NCBI GenBank assembly: GCA_973851085.1
Contig: OZ316775.1
Coordinates: forward strand, 17,422,001 to 17,486,000
Source: Ptychomitrium polyphyllum
Taxonomy: Eukaryota
DNA length: 64,000 nt
Direction: 5' to 3'
A program made the position numbers and the translations under genes. The number at the start of each line of letters is the position of its first letter. Positions within the stretch are counted from its first letter, which is position 1. Under the pieces are notes generated by a model that worked only from the letters and a program-made list of their open reading frames with translations, ran no database searches and was not told where the DNA came from. Positions 51,908 through 64,000 of the stretch are shown in pieces.

Positions 51908-54000
51908 ATGGCTCCTTCTATTCAAGACAATTTCCCATCAACACCTGGCAAGGTTAGCACTCTTGTAACTGTAACCCAAACAATAATTTTATAATGAACG
52001 CGCCGAGGGATGAACAATGCTGTATAAATTCAGAGGGTAGACGTCTAATACTTTGAATTGCCTTAATACTGAAGATGGATAAGTACCTGAAGTGAACACC
52101 GATTCCATTTGCAGGCCAATGCTTCCCTTTACAGTTCTTTCTTAAGTCTTTTGGATCTGTGGACACATAGTCAGATTTTAAAGAACTACTAAGACTTAGT
52201 ATCATGTTGTTATGTTCCTTTGTTTATGATATCATGAATATCTTGAAATTCGTTAACTTCTTCTGCGACATGTATATCCTTCCCATCTTGGAATATCTGT
52301 TAAAGTCTGTGATGGTTGGGACTTATCATGATCTATCCTGCTATCTATTACGATTGTGTTATTGACTCTACTCCTTAATTCGGCTTCCAACAACCTTTTT
52401 GATTGTGCAGCTTGCATCTGTGTGGAAGTGTTTCGAATGTTTCGTATTGTTCAGATTGATTCTTCTGTGAGTTTCAAGGTGGTTGCTGTCATCCTCTCTG
52501 ATGACTATTAGTTATGTAGTGAATGATGTGGAAGGACCTAACCTTTGTTCTTCCAACCTGCAGGTAAAAATGGAGCGCAATAACTATTTTGGGCGGGTTA
52601 CGAATCGCTGGCACACATCAGGATCAGCCAAACTTTTTTTCTTCTCAGTGTTTCTGCTTGCCATCACGATTTTCATTTGCTTCCGAGTTACCGCCAATGG
52701 AATGGTTGATGGATACATTAGTTCTGCATACCACAGCACCAATGGTGGAACTATCCGATCAGCTTTTAAGAGCGACCATGCTTGGGACACAAAAGTTACA
52801 CAGTCTTGCACTCCAGAGCGAGAGAATGGATTGGTTGTGCTTGTGACCGGTGCGGCAGGCTTTGTCGGGAGTCATATTTCGCTTGCTTTGAAGAAACGGG
52901 GGGATGGTCTTGTAGGACTTGATAACTTCAATGATTACTATGAAGTTTCATTGAAAAGAGCTCGACAGGATTTGTTGGTTAAGCAAGGTGTCGTTGTGAT
53001 TGAAGACGACATCAACGATGCTGCTCTTCTGAAGCATTTATTTGACTTGGTGCAATTTACGCATGTCATGCACCTAGCTGCGCAGGCCGGTGTGCGATAT
53101 GCTATGCAGAATCCGATGTCGTACATCCATAGTAATATTGCAGGTTTGGTTACGCTTTTTGAGGCTTGTAAGAGTGCCAATCCTCAACCAGCGGTCGTCT
53201 GGGCGTCATCGAGCTCCGTCTATGGTTTGAACTCAAAGGTACTGACTGCACTTACTTTTATTAAATGTTTGCACCCGTATCTGTTCGTGTGATGTAGCCT
53301 TTAAAATCGGTATAAGAAGGTATGACTTCTTGACTGCCTTCGCGCCTGACACTTCGATGCGTTTCTTTGGGTATTCTAGGTTCCTTTCTCAGAGTCTGAC
53401 CGGACAGATCAACCTGCCAGTCTCTATGCTGCCACGAAGAAAGCAGGAGAAGAAATTGCTCATACTTACAACCATATTTATGGGCTTTCAATCACAGGCC
53501 TTCGTTTCTTTACCGTGTATGGTCCTTGGGGTCGCCCAGATATGGCTTACTTCTCTTTCACGCGGGATATTTTGAAGGGGAAACCAATCAACATTTACAA
53601 GGGTCAGAATGACCGGGACCTGGCACGTGATTTCACTTTTATTGATGATATTGTTAAGGGCTGTATTGCATCATTAGACACCTCAGGAAGGAGCACTGGA
53701 AGTGGAGGGAAGAAGAGGGGTGCCGCGACGTTCCGAACTTTCAACCTTGGTAATACATCTCCAGTTACTGTACCAGTCCTCGTGGAAATTCTTGAAAAGC
53801 ACCTCAAGGTAGAGGCTAAGAAGGAGTTTATTAAGATGCCTCGAAATGGTGATGTTCCTTTTACCCACGCGAATGTGTCGCTTGCACAGACCCTTCTGGG
53901 CTACAAACCGACAACCAATTTGGATGTGGGTCTCAAGAAATTTGTGAGTTGGTATGTGAAATACTACGGTGTTCAAACGACCAAGACAAGGAGGTTATAG
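51908..54000 (+). CDS. GAE: UDP-D-glucuronate 4-epimerase (type II membrane SDR), 446 aa; exons 51908-51952, 52564-53238, 53380-54000
   Basis: GT-AG introns join MAPSIQDNFPSTPGK|VKMERNNY...GLNSK|VPFSESD in frame (1341 nt). TM helix LFFFSVFLLAITIFICF, NAD motif TGAAGFVG, HLAAQAGVRYA, catalytic YAATK, FTVYGPWGRPDMAYFSF. Confidence 0.95.
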
Positions 54001-56206
54001 GCGTATGGTGCCAGTACATGTATTGATCCCTTATCATTCCCACATCGCTCGACTCTTCGACTTCTGCAACCAAGAACTGGAGACTAGATATGAGGAATAT
54101 AGCTGTGAGAAAGGACAGTGGAAATTCTAGGTATGGGAAGGCGAGTGCGGTTAGCATAGTCATCAAGAAAGAGTTTGCATTTTCTAGGCTCTGGCTATGG
54201 GTTCGCTTTTGTCAACTCAGTAGTTGGAGCTCATTTGCTCACTAAATTAGCACATCAAGAGGAACGTGCTGGCGCTGTACCGCTGTTCAGAGCCCCTTAC
54301 TCTTCGTGACCTTGTTACATATCTAGCTTGCATTGTATTGTAGTTATGCTCTTCAATTGTACTGATTCTTTGGGTGCCCGAAAGGTTCTCATGTTACCAT
54401 TTCAGATTTTGCATCGTCGTATTTCAATATCTGTAATATCAAGTTTAGTCGTGGCTTTCATTTGAAACAGGAGCATTTCATTAGACATTTTTTGTTTTTA
54501 CTTTCCATCTGTGGATTTTGTTTTCTGCTTTCACACATACGATACAGCACGTTGATATTGTAGATGAAGTGGGCACTTATTGCACTTGTTCACCTAGTAG
54601 ACAACCTCGGGTCAGTTATGGGTGTTCAGAGAGAGTTGTTGGTTTTGCTCAGACTGACGGAACCTGTTGACTCTACTTCTCTACTGTAGTATCTGACGAT
54701 ATCTTCACAGCACCTGTGACCTTACTCGAGGCCTGATTCAATACAGGTGTTAAGATGTGGATTTTAGCTCTTTCCGAAATCACCATGTACAGTAACGTAC
54801 AATGGAAGGACAACAGGAATTATCGTAGAATGTAAGTTCTCACACAGGTTTTCACGTTCATCACTCCAAAGGCAGAGATTGGGATTTATATGTAACAGTC
54901 GGCGTTATCGGGCATACCATGCGTATGATTGTCATTGAAGGCTTTAGAATTTATTCCAACAATTTATTCAGTTACAGTACCTACTGCAATTTCATTTGTA
55001 ATGTCGTAAAAGTGCACTGTTCCAAACTTCATGGTGCTAAAAACAGAAACATCACTTTGAACTTCCATCATTGAAAATAGCAACTTTCTATATGCATCTG
55101 AACCACCAAATGTTGTAGAACAAACTCTGAAGATTCATTTGAGACCTAATGAGATATGGAAACGGACACTTCAGTCCAAATGCATACTTCATAAAGACAA
55201 GAACTTGAGATAATAATTGTGATGTCAAAATGACATCAATTGAAAACTTGACATCATCAAAACATTTCAAATAATACAAATTAAAAAGTTGCCAAAACGA
55301 CATCAAACAACATCAAACATCTTGAATACAATGTCAAAATCACATCAAAATGACGTAGGCAAAAATGTCATAAATATAATTTTGAAGTCGTTTCAATACA
55401 TGCTACAATAATAATTATGGTTGCGTTCACAATGGATAAAATTTTTCTTCTTCACAAACATCATAGAAACTTGATCCAACAACAATTCCAATGTGAGCCA
55501 TTTTTCTAACCCATGAGCACATTCCACATCTATTATATGAATTCTCAAACGTTCTTGCCATTGCGAAGTGTACTTACCTCCCAATTTCAAGTGTCCAGCT
55601 CCCGTTTAAGAATGCTCTGACACAGTCGATGTGCTTGAGTGATGTGTCATCCGAATAAGGATAAAAATTTGAAGCTGGATCGCATGTGCTGTGACATGTT
55701 TGTCTTCTGTGAGTGATGAGAAGGATTAAGCGCAGCAGGACCGTTTCAAGCACTCGTTGGCCCTTTGCTGATTACCAAACTATGTTTTCTTTCCTGCATA
55801 TCCTACTCGTTTTCAGTTGCTGTTATCAACGTAGATTGCTCAACTCCTGCATCCTACAGTTTCTTGTCACTTGGGGCGCTAAGTGCTGACGTTTCATTCA
55901 ATATTGTGAGAAAGACATGAGTAACCTTCAACAATGACATATCAGGCAACGAGATTGATGCACAGGTACATGTTCCCCCTTGTGAGTAGCCATTAGAGTT
56001 CTCTGTGTGAGACTCGTATATTGCAAGGTGCAGAAGCACATGATCAGTCATCTCATGTATGTCTATCCATGAACGTGCTATGACGTGAGCTTAGCTTCTT
56101 GTCAGAATGATTTTGAATCTAACCCTAGCCTCCGTTGGTAGCGACGAGCTTCTCCAGGCCGGGCTCACTTACGCGCTCATGAGTTGCGATTGGCCACGGG
56201 GAGAGA

Positions 56207-56701
56207 TTAGTAAGGGACCTGATAGCCTGCAAGAAATCATCAGTAGGAGTCAGTCGATGTGTAGATGCAGAACACATGGATTCACAGATTTACATGATTT
56301 TGATCTCTTGTAGAGCATTTGAGTGAGGCTAGAGTTTCTGTCAATGGGTGGGAGTTACCGTTGCATGTGTAGCCGTCAGAGGGCATAACTTTTTTGCACT
56401 TTTTTGGCAGGAGGAGAGAGGCGTGCATGTTGACGCCCATGGAATTGGAGTACGCGGTGACGATGCTGCAGAGGCAGCCGATGTCGGTGCTACGGATGAT
56501 GGCGCAGCAGGCCTCTGTTGGCGATGGCGGGTTGTCGCCGACGACGGCGGGCAAGCAGACTGACATTGGGGATAAGGAGCCCTGACATGGCCCTGCTATC
56601 GCTGCTGCTCCACTGAATCCCCCGCCCACCAGAACCGCAGCCATGAGGGGTACCAATGCTTGAAATAGTATAGAATGTGCGTATGATTTCTTGTTCTCCA
56701 T
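56207..56701 (-). CDS. Non-specific lipid-transfer protein (type D-like, 8-cysteine motif), 120 aa; exons 56701-56359 and 56226-56207
   Basis: Hydrophobic signal peptide and C-C-CC-CLC-C-C pattern. Donor GTAAC lies 4 nt after the last Cys codon; acceptor TTCTTGCAG gives the C-terminus CNGYQVPY*. Confidence 0.88.
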
Positions 56702-58545
56702 TGTTTCGGTGTTGCTGACAACCTGTGCTAGCAAGAGTTCTTTGTGGTCGATGGAATGATGAAATGACGGAGGTAGGACGGTGAACAGCTTGGATGCAAT
56801 TGGAAGGATTAAATGCCGTGAGGTCGGTCATGCGCAAGACAAGAAGATCTGCAGATAATTCGAAAAGAGAGCAACCCGCAAGAGTTTAAAGGAATTGCGA
56901 GTATCGCTCCGAAATCTGAGTAGGTCTGGTAAGTCAATTGGCCTTGTTTGGATTTCCTTGGATCGTGTACAACTGCAACGAAGGTGGGGATTGCCGTCAC
57001 TATGAATAGATCATTCTTTGACGTACTTCCGTGAATGGCATTGGCATGGTTTGGTTCATGTTTGGTATGTGGAGAGGCTTGCTTCAGAGATGGCTCTGTT
57101 GATCTTGGAGTTTTAAACATAGCTGGAAATTATATGACTTCAATGCAGCTCGCTGAAACATGTTGGCTGTGAGTGCCATTATGTTACACGAGGAGCTGGT
57201 GTCCAAGGCACGAGATCCTGATCTAAAATCCATGACCCAGCTTGCTGTAGAAGACGTACTCTTTTGAGTGTCTCGTGGATGTACTGTCTGCCGTGCAGCC
57301 AAATGAATGCCCCTCCTGTTCTTTATAGAATAGAGTTGGGGTTAAAATGCCAGGTGGCAGTGTTAAAATCTTGATCATATACAGGTTTGTAAGTCTCCTT
57401 GGCACCTGAATTAGTCTCTGCAAGCATCACATGCTTGGTGCGGTAATGCAGGATCTTTACATTTACTTGTTAGAGACCAATCAGAAGATCTATTAGTACC
57501 AAGTTTGTCATTTTTCTGAGAGAATTTTTATATGTTGAGGTTAAACGACATGTCTTTAACAGCAGAAATTTAAACAGCCCAGCTTTAGAAGTCCATATTT
57601 ATTCTTAGTGACAAGCATTAGCAGCTTTCATGTCAAGCCTAACAGGTGACTTGATATGTGACCTTTGGATTACAAATTGAACAGGGACCAGTCGAATTGC
57701 TTCTCTGTGTAAGAGATTCATAGCTCGTCTAGTCAGCATGGCGATATCAGGAGGAGGAAGTGAGTTTGATGAGTCGAACGAGATTGCGTTGAATCCTTTG
57801 CTCTGTTGGTAAAATCAATAATTGTTAGCATATTCAGAATCTCGCTGAGAATGTGATGTATCAAGTTTGAAGTCTTAAATCTTGGAGCATTTTTGTTGAA
57901 ATTGGATTTTCCAAGTTTAAGTGAAATCCTCCCTTCCTTCGCTGTGAATTTGAAAATATAATTTGTGTCTGCATCTGCTATATCTTGTCATTGAACTTAA
58001 CAACAATTTTTTCAGGTCCAAGTATATTTAGCTACTAAAATTTCGGAGGAAACACTTTATGCTATTCTAACCATCCAGTGCGCAATTGTGTACCGCACTG
58101 TGAGTGAACAAGTACCTTGAGCTGATTTTGTTCTCTGTGTAAGAAACACCGAGTGAAGCTCAACACTTGCGAGACAAGGAGCTTGACGTGCGAATCCGAT
58201 AATTGAACATTCTGTTGTCTCATAGAGTATATGCGTTGGTATATTGAATTGCACACACATGCTCGCAGCTATTTGGGGGTGCGTTAGTATGCACCAGGAG
58301 CACTAGTATCTACTGATTAACCTTGTCAAGGCCACTGTTGTAGTTATCCCCATGGATTCATGACATTCACTTGAGTATGTGATTGCCGATGTTCGGTGTA
58401 GATTCACAAGTTTTCTTGTTTGACTAAGTTTTTGGTTCTTGAATCTTGATTTGGCTTGATTGAATCCCAACTTTTCACAAGAAAATTAGACCCTAAGTCG
58501 AACCAAACAGAACCAACCTAAGATGCTAGATCCTCCGAGGAGTAC

Positions 58546-58697
58546 CGTAGCCACATAGCACATGACAAATATTCTAATATTGTGTAAAAATAGATTTTGG
58601 AAAATATTTCTTTTGGGAAATTCTAATTTCTCTTTCTGCAAAAACATTTCCCCAAAGATTTAGATTTAACTAGCGATCAACCTGCTATGTGACTACG
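58546..58697. repeat. Short MITE-like element with 15-bp terminal inverted repeats
   Basis: CGTAGCCACATAGCA ... TGCTATGTGACTACG (1 mismatch) around an AT-rich core; no TSD seen. Confidence 0.45.
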
Positions 58698-61600
58698 CAA
58701 ATAGGCACAAAAGCCTAATTTGTCAGAGTCCTACAATACTTAAATATTAAGTTTGAGAGTGTACAGTGCTGGTACATCCATGTCTTGTGTCATTGTTTAA
58801 AATATCTATCAGTATTTCTCTGAGTGTAATAGGGTGTTCATTCCAAATAATGCACAATCAAGAATATTGGTTATGGTATCTCCTAGCAAAAAGACACAAG
58901 ATGTGACTTCATTAGGTATAGGGATATGATATCAAGACAAGTCTTGATACCAGCTCCTATTTTACAGTCCACTGGAGAGAATACTTTGAGTACCTGAAAG
59001 TCAATGCTTTTGCTCTTTTTGTCTGGTTCAAAAAGAAAGGTCCAAAATTTCCTTGTCCTCCATGACCAGGTGAGGCTATCAGCTCACCAATAATCAATGT
59101 GAGGCTCAGAATGCTATCCAACTTCCTCTAACACCCCCTTCGAAAAGGATCATTCCATTCCTAAGGATATAATTTTAGTTTGTCAATAGCAACTTCTATC
59201 AAACATTGAGACCATTCATGAGCCAACTAATCAAGCTTTACTTCTACATGCATCACTTATTCTAAGGCAAAAATGAGTATTGCTAGTTGCTGAAGTATGT
59301 AATGTCAAATTTAGCCACTTTAAAGTACACTGGAGATTTTGACCTCATTCTCAAGAATAGAGTGAAGTTTGAAACACAAAGACCTGGTATTCTGCAATAC
59401 CTATTCAAAACTTGCCATTCAAATTTACAGGAGATTCCCTTTAAAATTAAATGCTCTGTCCTTGGCTTCAGTAAGGGTCTTTTGATTACTCAGATCCATT
59501 CTCAGAAATCGAAAATGATAATAGCAATTTTGTTGAAGCCAGTGGAGTACTGCTAAAAGGGACCTAGAATGTGTTCAGGAAGTTCATGACTCATACCATG
59601 AGTCAAGTAATATGACTCACTTGCCCTGTATTCAAGGAAAGGTGATATGTCCAGTACAAATTAATATGTTGCATCCTCTGCCCCTGGCTGGCAATGAGTA
59701 AAGAAAATTCTTCTGAATGTTCAACAACCCTGGCTAGTAGAATCCCTTTACGGAAAAGCTCTGATGTTGTCACATGTAAAGCTGCAAGAAAATGAATCCC
59801 TTGATATGTGAGCTAGTCCAGCTGCAGCTGACATAGAGGATCCTCTATTCGGGAGGAAGTAGGCATGTTGATTGCGACTGAAACCGACCCTACTCCTACG
59901 GCTGGTTTATCAGGCCTGACTACACAGGAGTCACAAGTTGAAGATTATTTTCAAGTTGCCAGTAATCTTTCATTCCACATGAACAACGTCAGCGCCATAT
60001 TTCCTTCGCCGTGCTTCCTCCTGGCTCCCTCACTTCATAAGATCTTATTTTTTCTATAATGGTTGGTATAAGTTGAAAAACACTTCGTGACCCAGAAACA
60101 GAATATGAAACCCCAACTTCCCGTTTACTGTGTGTACTAGCGTAGTTATAATATTGTTTAATTCGTCAAGGCCTAAGGGGTGGCTCTTGCCACGTGTGGT
60201 AGAGCCGAGTTGTGGCTACGACTATGGCTGGCGAGGCAGATGATAAGGCGAGAGCTTGTTCTAGCTTAATGAATACAACGCGGTTGTTTTTCTTCCGTAC
60301 GACCGTCATGACAATGTGTCATTGAACAGTCTACTGGAGAAACTTCGGATCATCGTCAACGGCTACATCTTCTTGCCCAGACATTCTCATGCTAGTGTGG
60401 TTATCATTGTTCGCTCTTCCAGACTTTTTTTGAGCTCACTGCTGGTGATTTTAAAGTGTGTTTAACTGTGTGACAGAATAAATCCTTTAAAGTATTGTCA
60501 TGAACCAACAGAGGGAAATTTGGACAGATTACCCTCAGGTAGGATAATAGCCAAATTAAAATTATTTTTAAATACAGCAAGGATAGTCAAATATAGAAAG
60601 ATTGTTACCTTCCAGAATTAGGCGTTACTCAACAGTTAAAACATACTAATCTTTCCGAAATTCCCTATGAAATGAAGACTCAAGGCCTTGATTCAGGTCG
60701 AGTGAGGATAAGTAGGCCTTCTACCTCGTGAGCGCGACGTCGTAGGCTCTCTGCAGTTCATTCATTTACTATACCACATGTTCCTGGCATGACTTTTCAT
60801 CATTCACAATTTTAAATAAGTAAAAAATGATTTAAGTAAACCTGCAGATTTTTACATCGAGTCGTCTTTCTTTGACGAGATTTCTGTACCGATCCTTGCT
60901 ATGCCCTCCGTGAGCCATCCATCAATAAGATTATCACCAGCACATGACACCATTCCATCCCGTCGTAGTGAGCCGCTCAATATTCGCACCAAAACTCCAA
61001 AAGCTCTTCTACACACGTCAAATCATGGACACCACTAATCAACAATTGTGGCTGTGAACGTACACTGCAATATTCCAAGTTACATGCTATGAGCAATTAG
61101 CACATCTCTGAGTTCCTCCATTTTCAAAAACTAGCGCTTCAAGAAACTGATACTTCTCCGTTTCACTCCCACTGCAATGTAAAAAATTGAAAGTGGACGT
61201 GATTCCAGGCCTGGGCCAGCCTACTCGCCTTAAAGTCTAGGTTTAAGAGTTCACATACGTAAAACTCCACAGCAACAGCCTACATACCGTAGAGTACAGA
61301 TCAGAGAGGGATCGGGCATGAAGTTACATCAATCCGATCGACTTGGGCAAGCACAAGGACTTGAATAGCTGCCCTAATCAAGTGCGCCTCACCAGCCGTG
61401 TTACCTGGCCCTGTACACACCACATCACATTGAATATGGATATCGGAACTATAGTTCGGAGCAGAAAACCATTGACATGACGTATCCTGAGAAACTGAAT
61501 TCATATCAGCTGTCATGTCCATCTCCGAGATCTCGGATCTTTTTTAACGAAGCTCTTGTCATCGAAGCAGGATCTGCTATCCAGCTTTGCTTGCTTGGCT

Positions 61601-62075
61601 GATTGCCATAATGACAATAAAGGCCAGACTAGTAAAGGTGGCAGCCACTTGTTGGATAAGGGAGAACAAGGTTATTTCCCAGGGTGAGGGGATGCTTTGA
61701 ATCATCTAGCTCTTCCTTTTAGGCACTTAATTGACCATCTTTAACTCATCACCATGAAAGAATGCAATCCGGAAGATTGAATTATCGAAGTGTTGACATG
61801 TTTAAGTTGGTCCTGGATTAGTCTCCCAAAAAGAACTCCATATTCCACCTTCAATCCACCATGGTAAATGCATGGTCTTTGGCTACCACCATAAAGAGTT
61901 TCTGTTTGTAACTTCATTCCTTCCTTACCTGCAACAAATCACAAGTGCAAAAGTGCTTCTTTGTTATTTTTTGCCCATACAAGATGATTGTTTCTCCTTG
62001 TGATTGAATAAGAACTGACTATTAAGATTAAATTCTATAACAAAAAATTGAACCTTCACCAAGATGTATCCATTG

Positions 62076-62295
62076 ACATTATGTATTATATCCTACTTAA
62101 TACTTGTGTACCTCATTTGTAACATATTTGTGAAAAAAATACAAAAATACTAATATGATTGGAATGAAAGAAAATCTGACTTTAACATTATGTATTATAT
62201 CCTACTTAATACTTGTGTACCTCATTTGTAACATATTTGTGAAAAAAAAAAACAAAAATACTAATATGATTGAAATGAAAGAAAATTTGACTTTA
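62076..62295. repeat. ~109-bp tandem duplication
   Basis: ACATTATGTATTATATCCTACTTAATACTTGTGTACC... starts at 62076 and 62185; near identical. Confidence 0.92.
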
Positions 62296-62992
62296 CAACT
62301 GTATGGTTACCTGATTTATTAAAACAGAAATAGGCAAAAAATAAATCCAAATTACAAATAATTAGAATTTATTCTTGATCCTTTGCAACTATTATTTCTA
62401 AGATTGTAAGAAATGGGAATTGAAATAAAAGGACTTCAAATTAAATAGCATATGACATAATAGAAATGTTAATTTAAATGTGCTATGAACTAAATTTTTA
62501 TAATATGAAGAAAAATGTGAAATAGTGCTATTTTTGTCTGTTATTTTCTTAGGATTTTAGGATTTTTTTTTTTGTATTTACAGGCTACTTTACAAAGCTC
62601 TGTATAGGGAAATTCATAAATAATTATTTTATAAAATTTTAAAAAATATAAGGAAGTTGCATAATATGCCATAATATAAGAACAATTTTTGTTAAAAATT
62701 TGTTTTTTATTTATAGATTATATTTTGATAATTGCTTCTACATACTAAGCTTAGCAAAGCTATGAATAAATTAATTATAAGAGAATTAAGTGAATTTTTG
62801 AATCACTTATTCAAATTTTTAGATATGAATAAATGATTTAAATCTAAATATTCTATTTCTTAATGGATGCATGATATCTGGTTGTTGAAATTAACTCATG
62901 ATACTTTACAAGTATTTCTATCACTTTTAACAGATAATATAATTTGATATTACAATCAACAAAGATTGAAATATACTTGGAATGGAGGATTG

Positions 62993-64000
62993 TGTCACAG
63001 CCATAGTTCATACATCATAGTCTTTATAACCTTCTAGAACCTTCTAATACATTGTAGTGGTTTTTCAAAATACTTTCAATGCTTTTATAACCGTTCTATT
63101 TCCTAGGAAGGATATATTTCTTTGGAAAACCTCTTAAAAAGGTTCCACTACCTTAAAAAACTTCTTAGAAAGGTTCCATAAACTTCTAAACTATTCTTAA
63201 GCTTCCTAAGACGCTTCTTTAGATGTATGCTAGGATGTAAAAACATCACAGTATAAATAGAAAGAAAGACAAGGTATACCTTAGTCTTGGCAAAATAAGT
63301 TGTACATCATATTGTAATATGTCCTACTTCTTGTCTTTGTATCAAGTTCATCTTGATCACTAGCTCTTTTGAAGCTAATTTTTACAAAACCATTTGTGTC
63401 TACTTCTTGTTTCTAATCTCTGTAACAAATTGGCAAAACTACTCTTCAACTTTGTTAAAGCTAAGGTCTCATAACAAATATAGAATATTATCCATCTTCT
63501 TTAGGATTCCATAGAGTCTTATTGATGCATATTACCCTCCTCTAAGGTGACACCATTAGTTGATTTCTTCTTCTAAAAAGCAAGTCTTAATTCTTTTGAA
63601 AAATGAGCAATGTTCTAAAGAATGCAGATTACCCTCTTTTGAAGGTATTCATAGTCTTTTTTGTCTCTAACAATTTGTAGTAATGGATAACATGCCTGGA
63701 ACATCAAAAAAGAAGTTTGCAACTATTGCAGACCTTGAAGAGTTAATAAACACAGTTTGAACAGAACTCGCCCGCTTCAACACCTTCAACAATTTAGAGC
63801 AGCACACTCGGCAAGCTGAAGAATCTAATAGCAATATTCAAAGTCTATATCAAGAGGTTGTTCGATTGCAAGAGGCCAATATCAGAAGAGAAGGCTTATG
63901 TTGAATCCATGTAGAGCCAAAGATTAGCATGCCAGACAAAATTGACAGATCAAGATCAAAGTTGGAAAACTTTGTTCAACAAGTAAGGCTCTTCTTTAGC
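62993..64000 (+). mobile_element. 5' part of chromovirus element D (LTR 62993-63427, PBS-like TGGCAAAACTA, gag from ATG 63683 with two stops), running off the window
   Basis: TGTCAC...TGTAACA LTR homologous to the element-B LTRs; gag reaches MPDKIDRSRSKLENFVQQVRLFFS. Confidence 0.9.

Noticed and set aside
52483..52563. ORF-track N-terminus MLSSSLMTIS... as the GAE start
   Set aside because: Intronic. The conserved FPSTPGK start is in the exon at 51908-51952.
56282..56358. ORF-track C-terminal tail NSHPLTETLASL... of the LTP
   Set aside because: Intron read-through. Splicing gives the typical CNGYQVPY end.
62988..62992. Element D as the inverted missing 5' half of element A
   Set aside because: This predicts a GAGAT TSD and copia leader sequence before D's LTR, but the flank is GATTG and not copia-like.

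Overview
Eukaryotic, AT-rich plant DNA. The spliced genes and LTR-retrotransposon families suggest a moss such as Physcomitrium patens, but this is inference. Bases ~0.8-43.2 kb are a nest of dead LTR retrotransposons that can be un-nested by hand from 5-bp target-site duplications (TSDs). The nest holds two Ty1/copia copies, two Tcn1/Tf1-like chromovirus copies, a tRNA-iMet-primed Ty3/gypsy element, four solo LTRs and older relics. A third copy of the chromovirus family starts at ~63 kb and runs off the window end. Bases ~43-63 kb are gene space with a 3-exon UDP-glucuronate 4-epimerase (GAE, +) and a 2-exon type-D-like lipid-transfer protein (-). The most notable observations are: (1) a relic gag-protease retroelement whose polyprotein frame runs into cytosine-5 DNA methyltransferase motifs I and VIII; (2) a 454-bp perfectly identical inverted repeat ~37 kb apart that shares two nonsense mutations; (3) three reverse-transcription priming modes side by side (Tf1-type self-priming, half-tRNA-iMet, and the tRNA-iMet 3' end); (4) a reconstructable ~152-aa extra ORF downstream of the chromodomain. 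All alignments were done by eye and no database searches were run.
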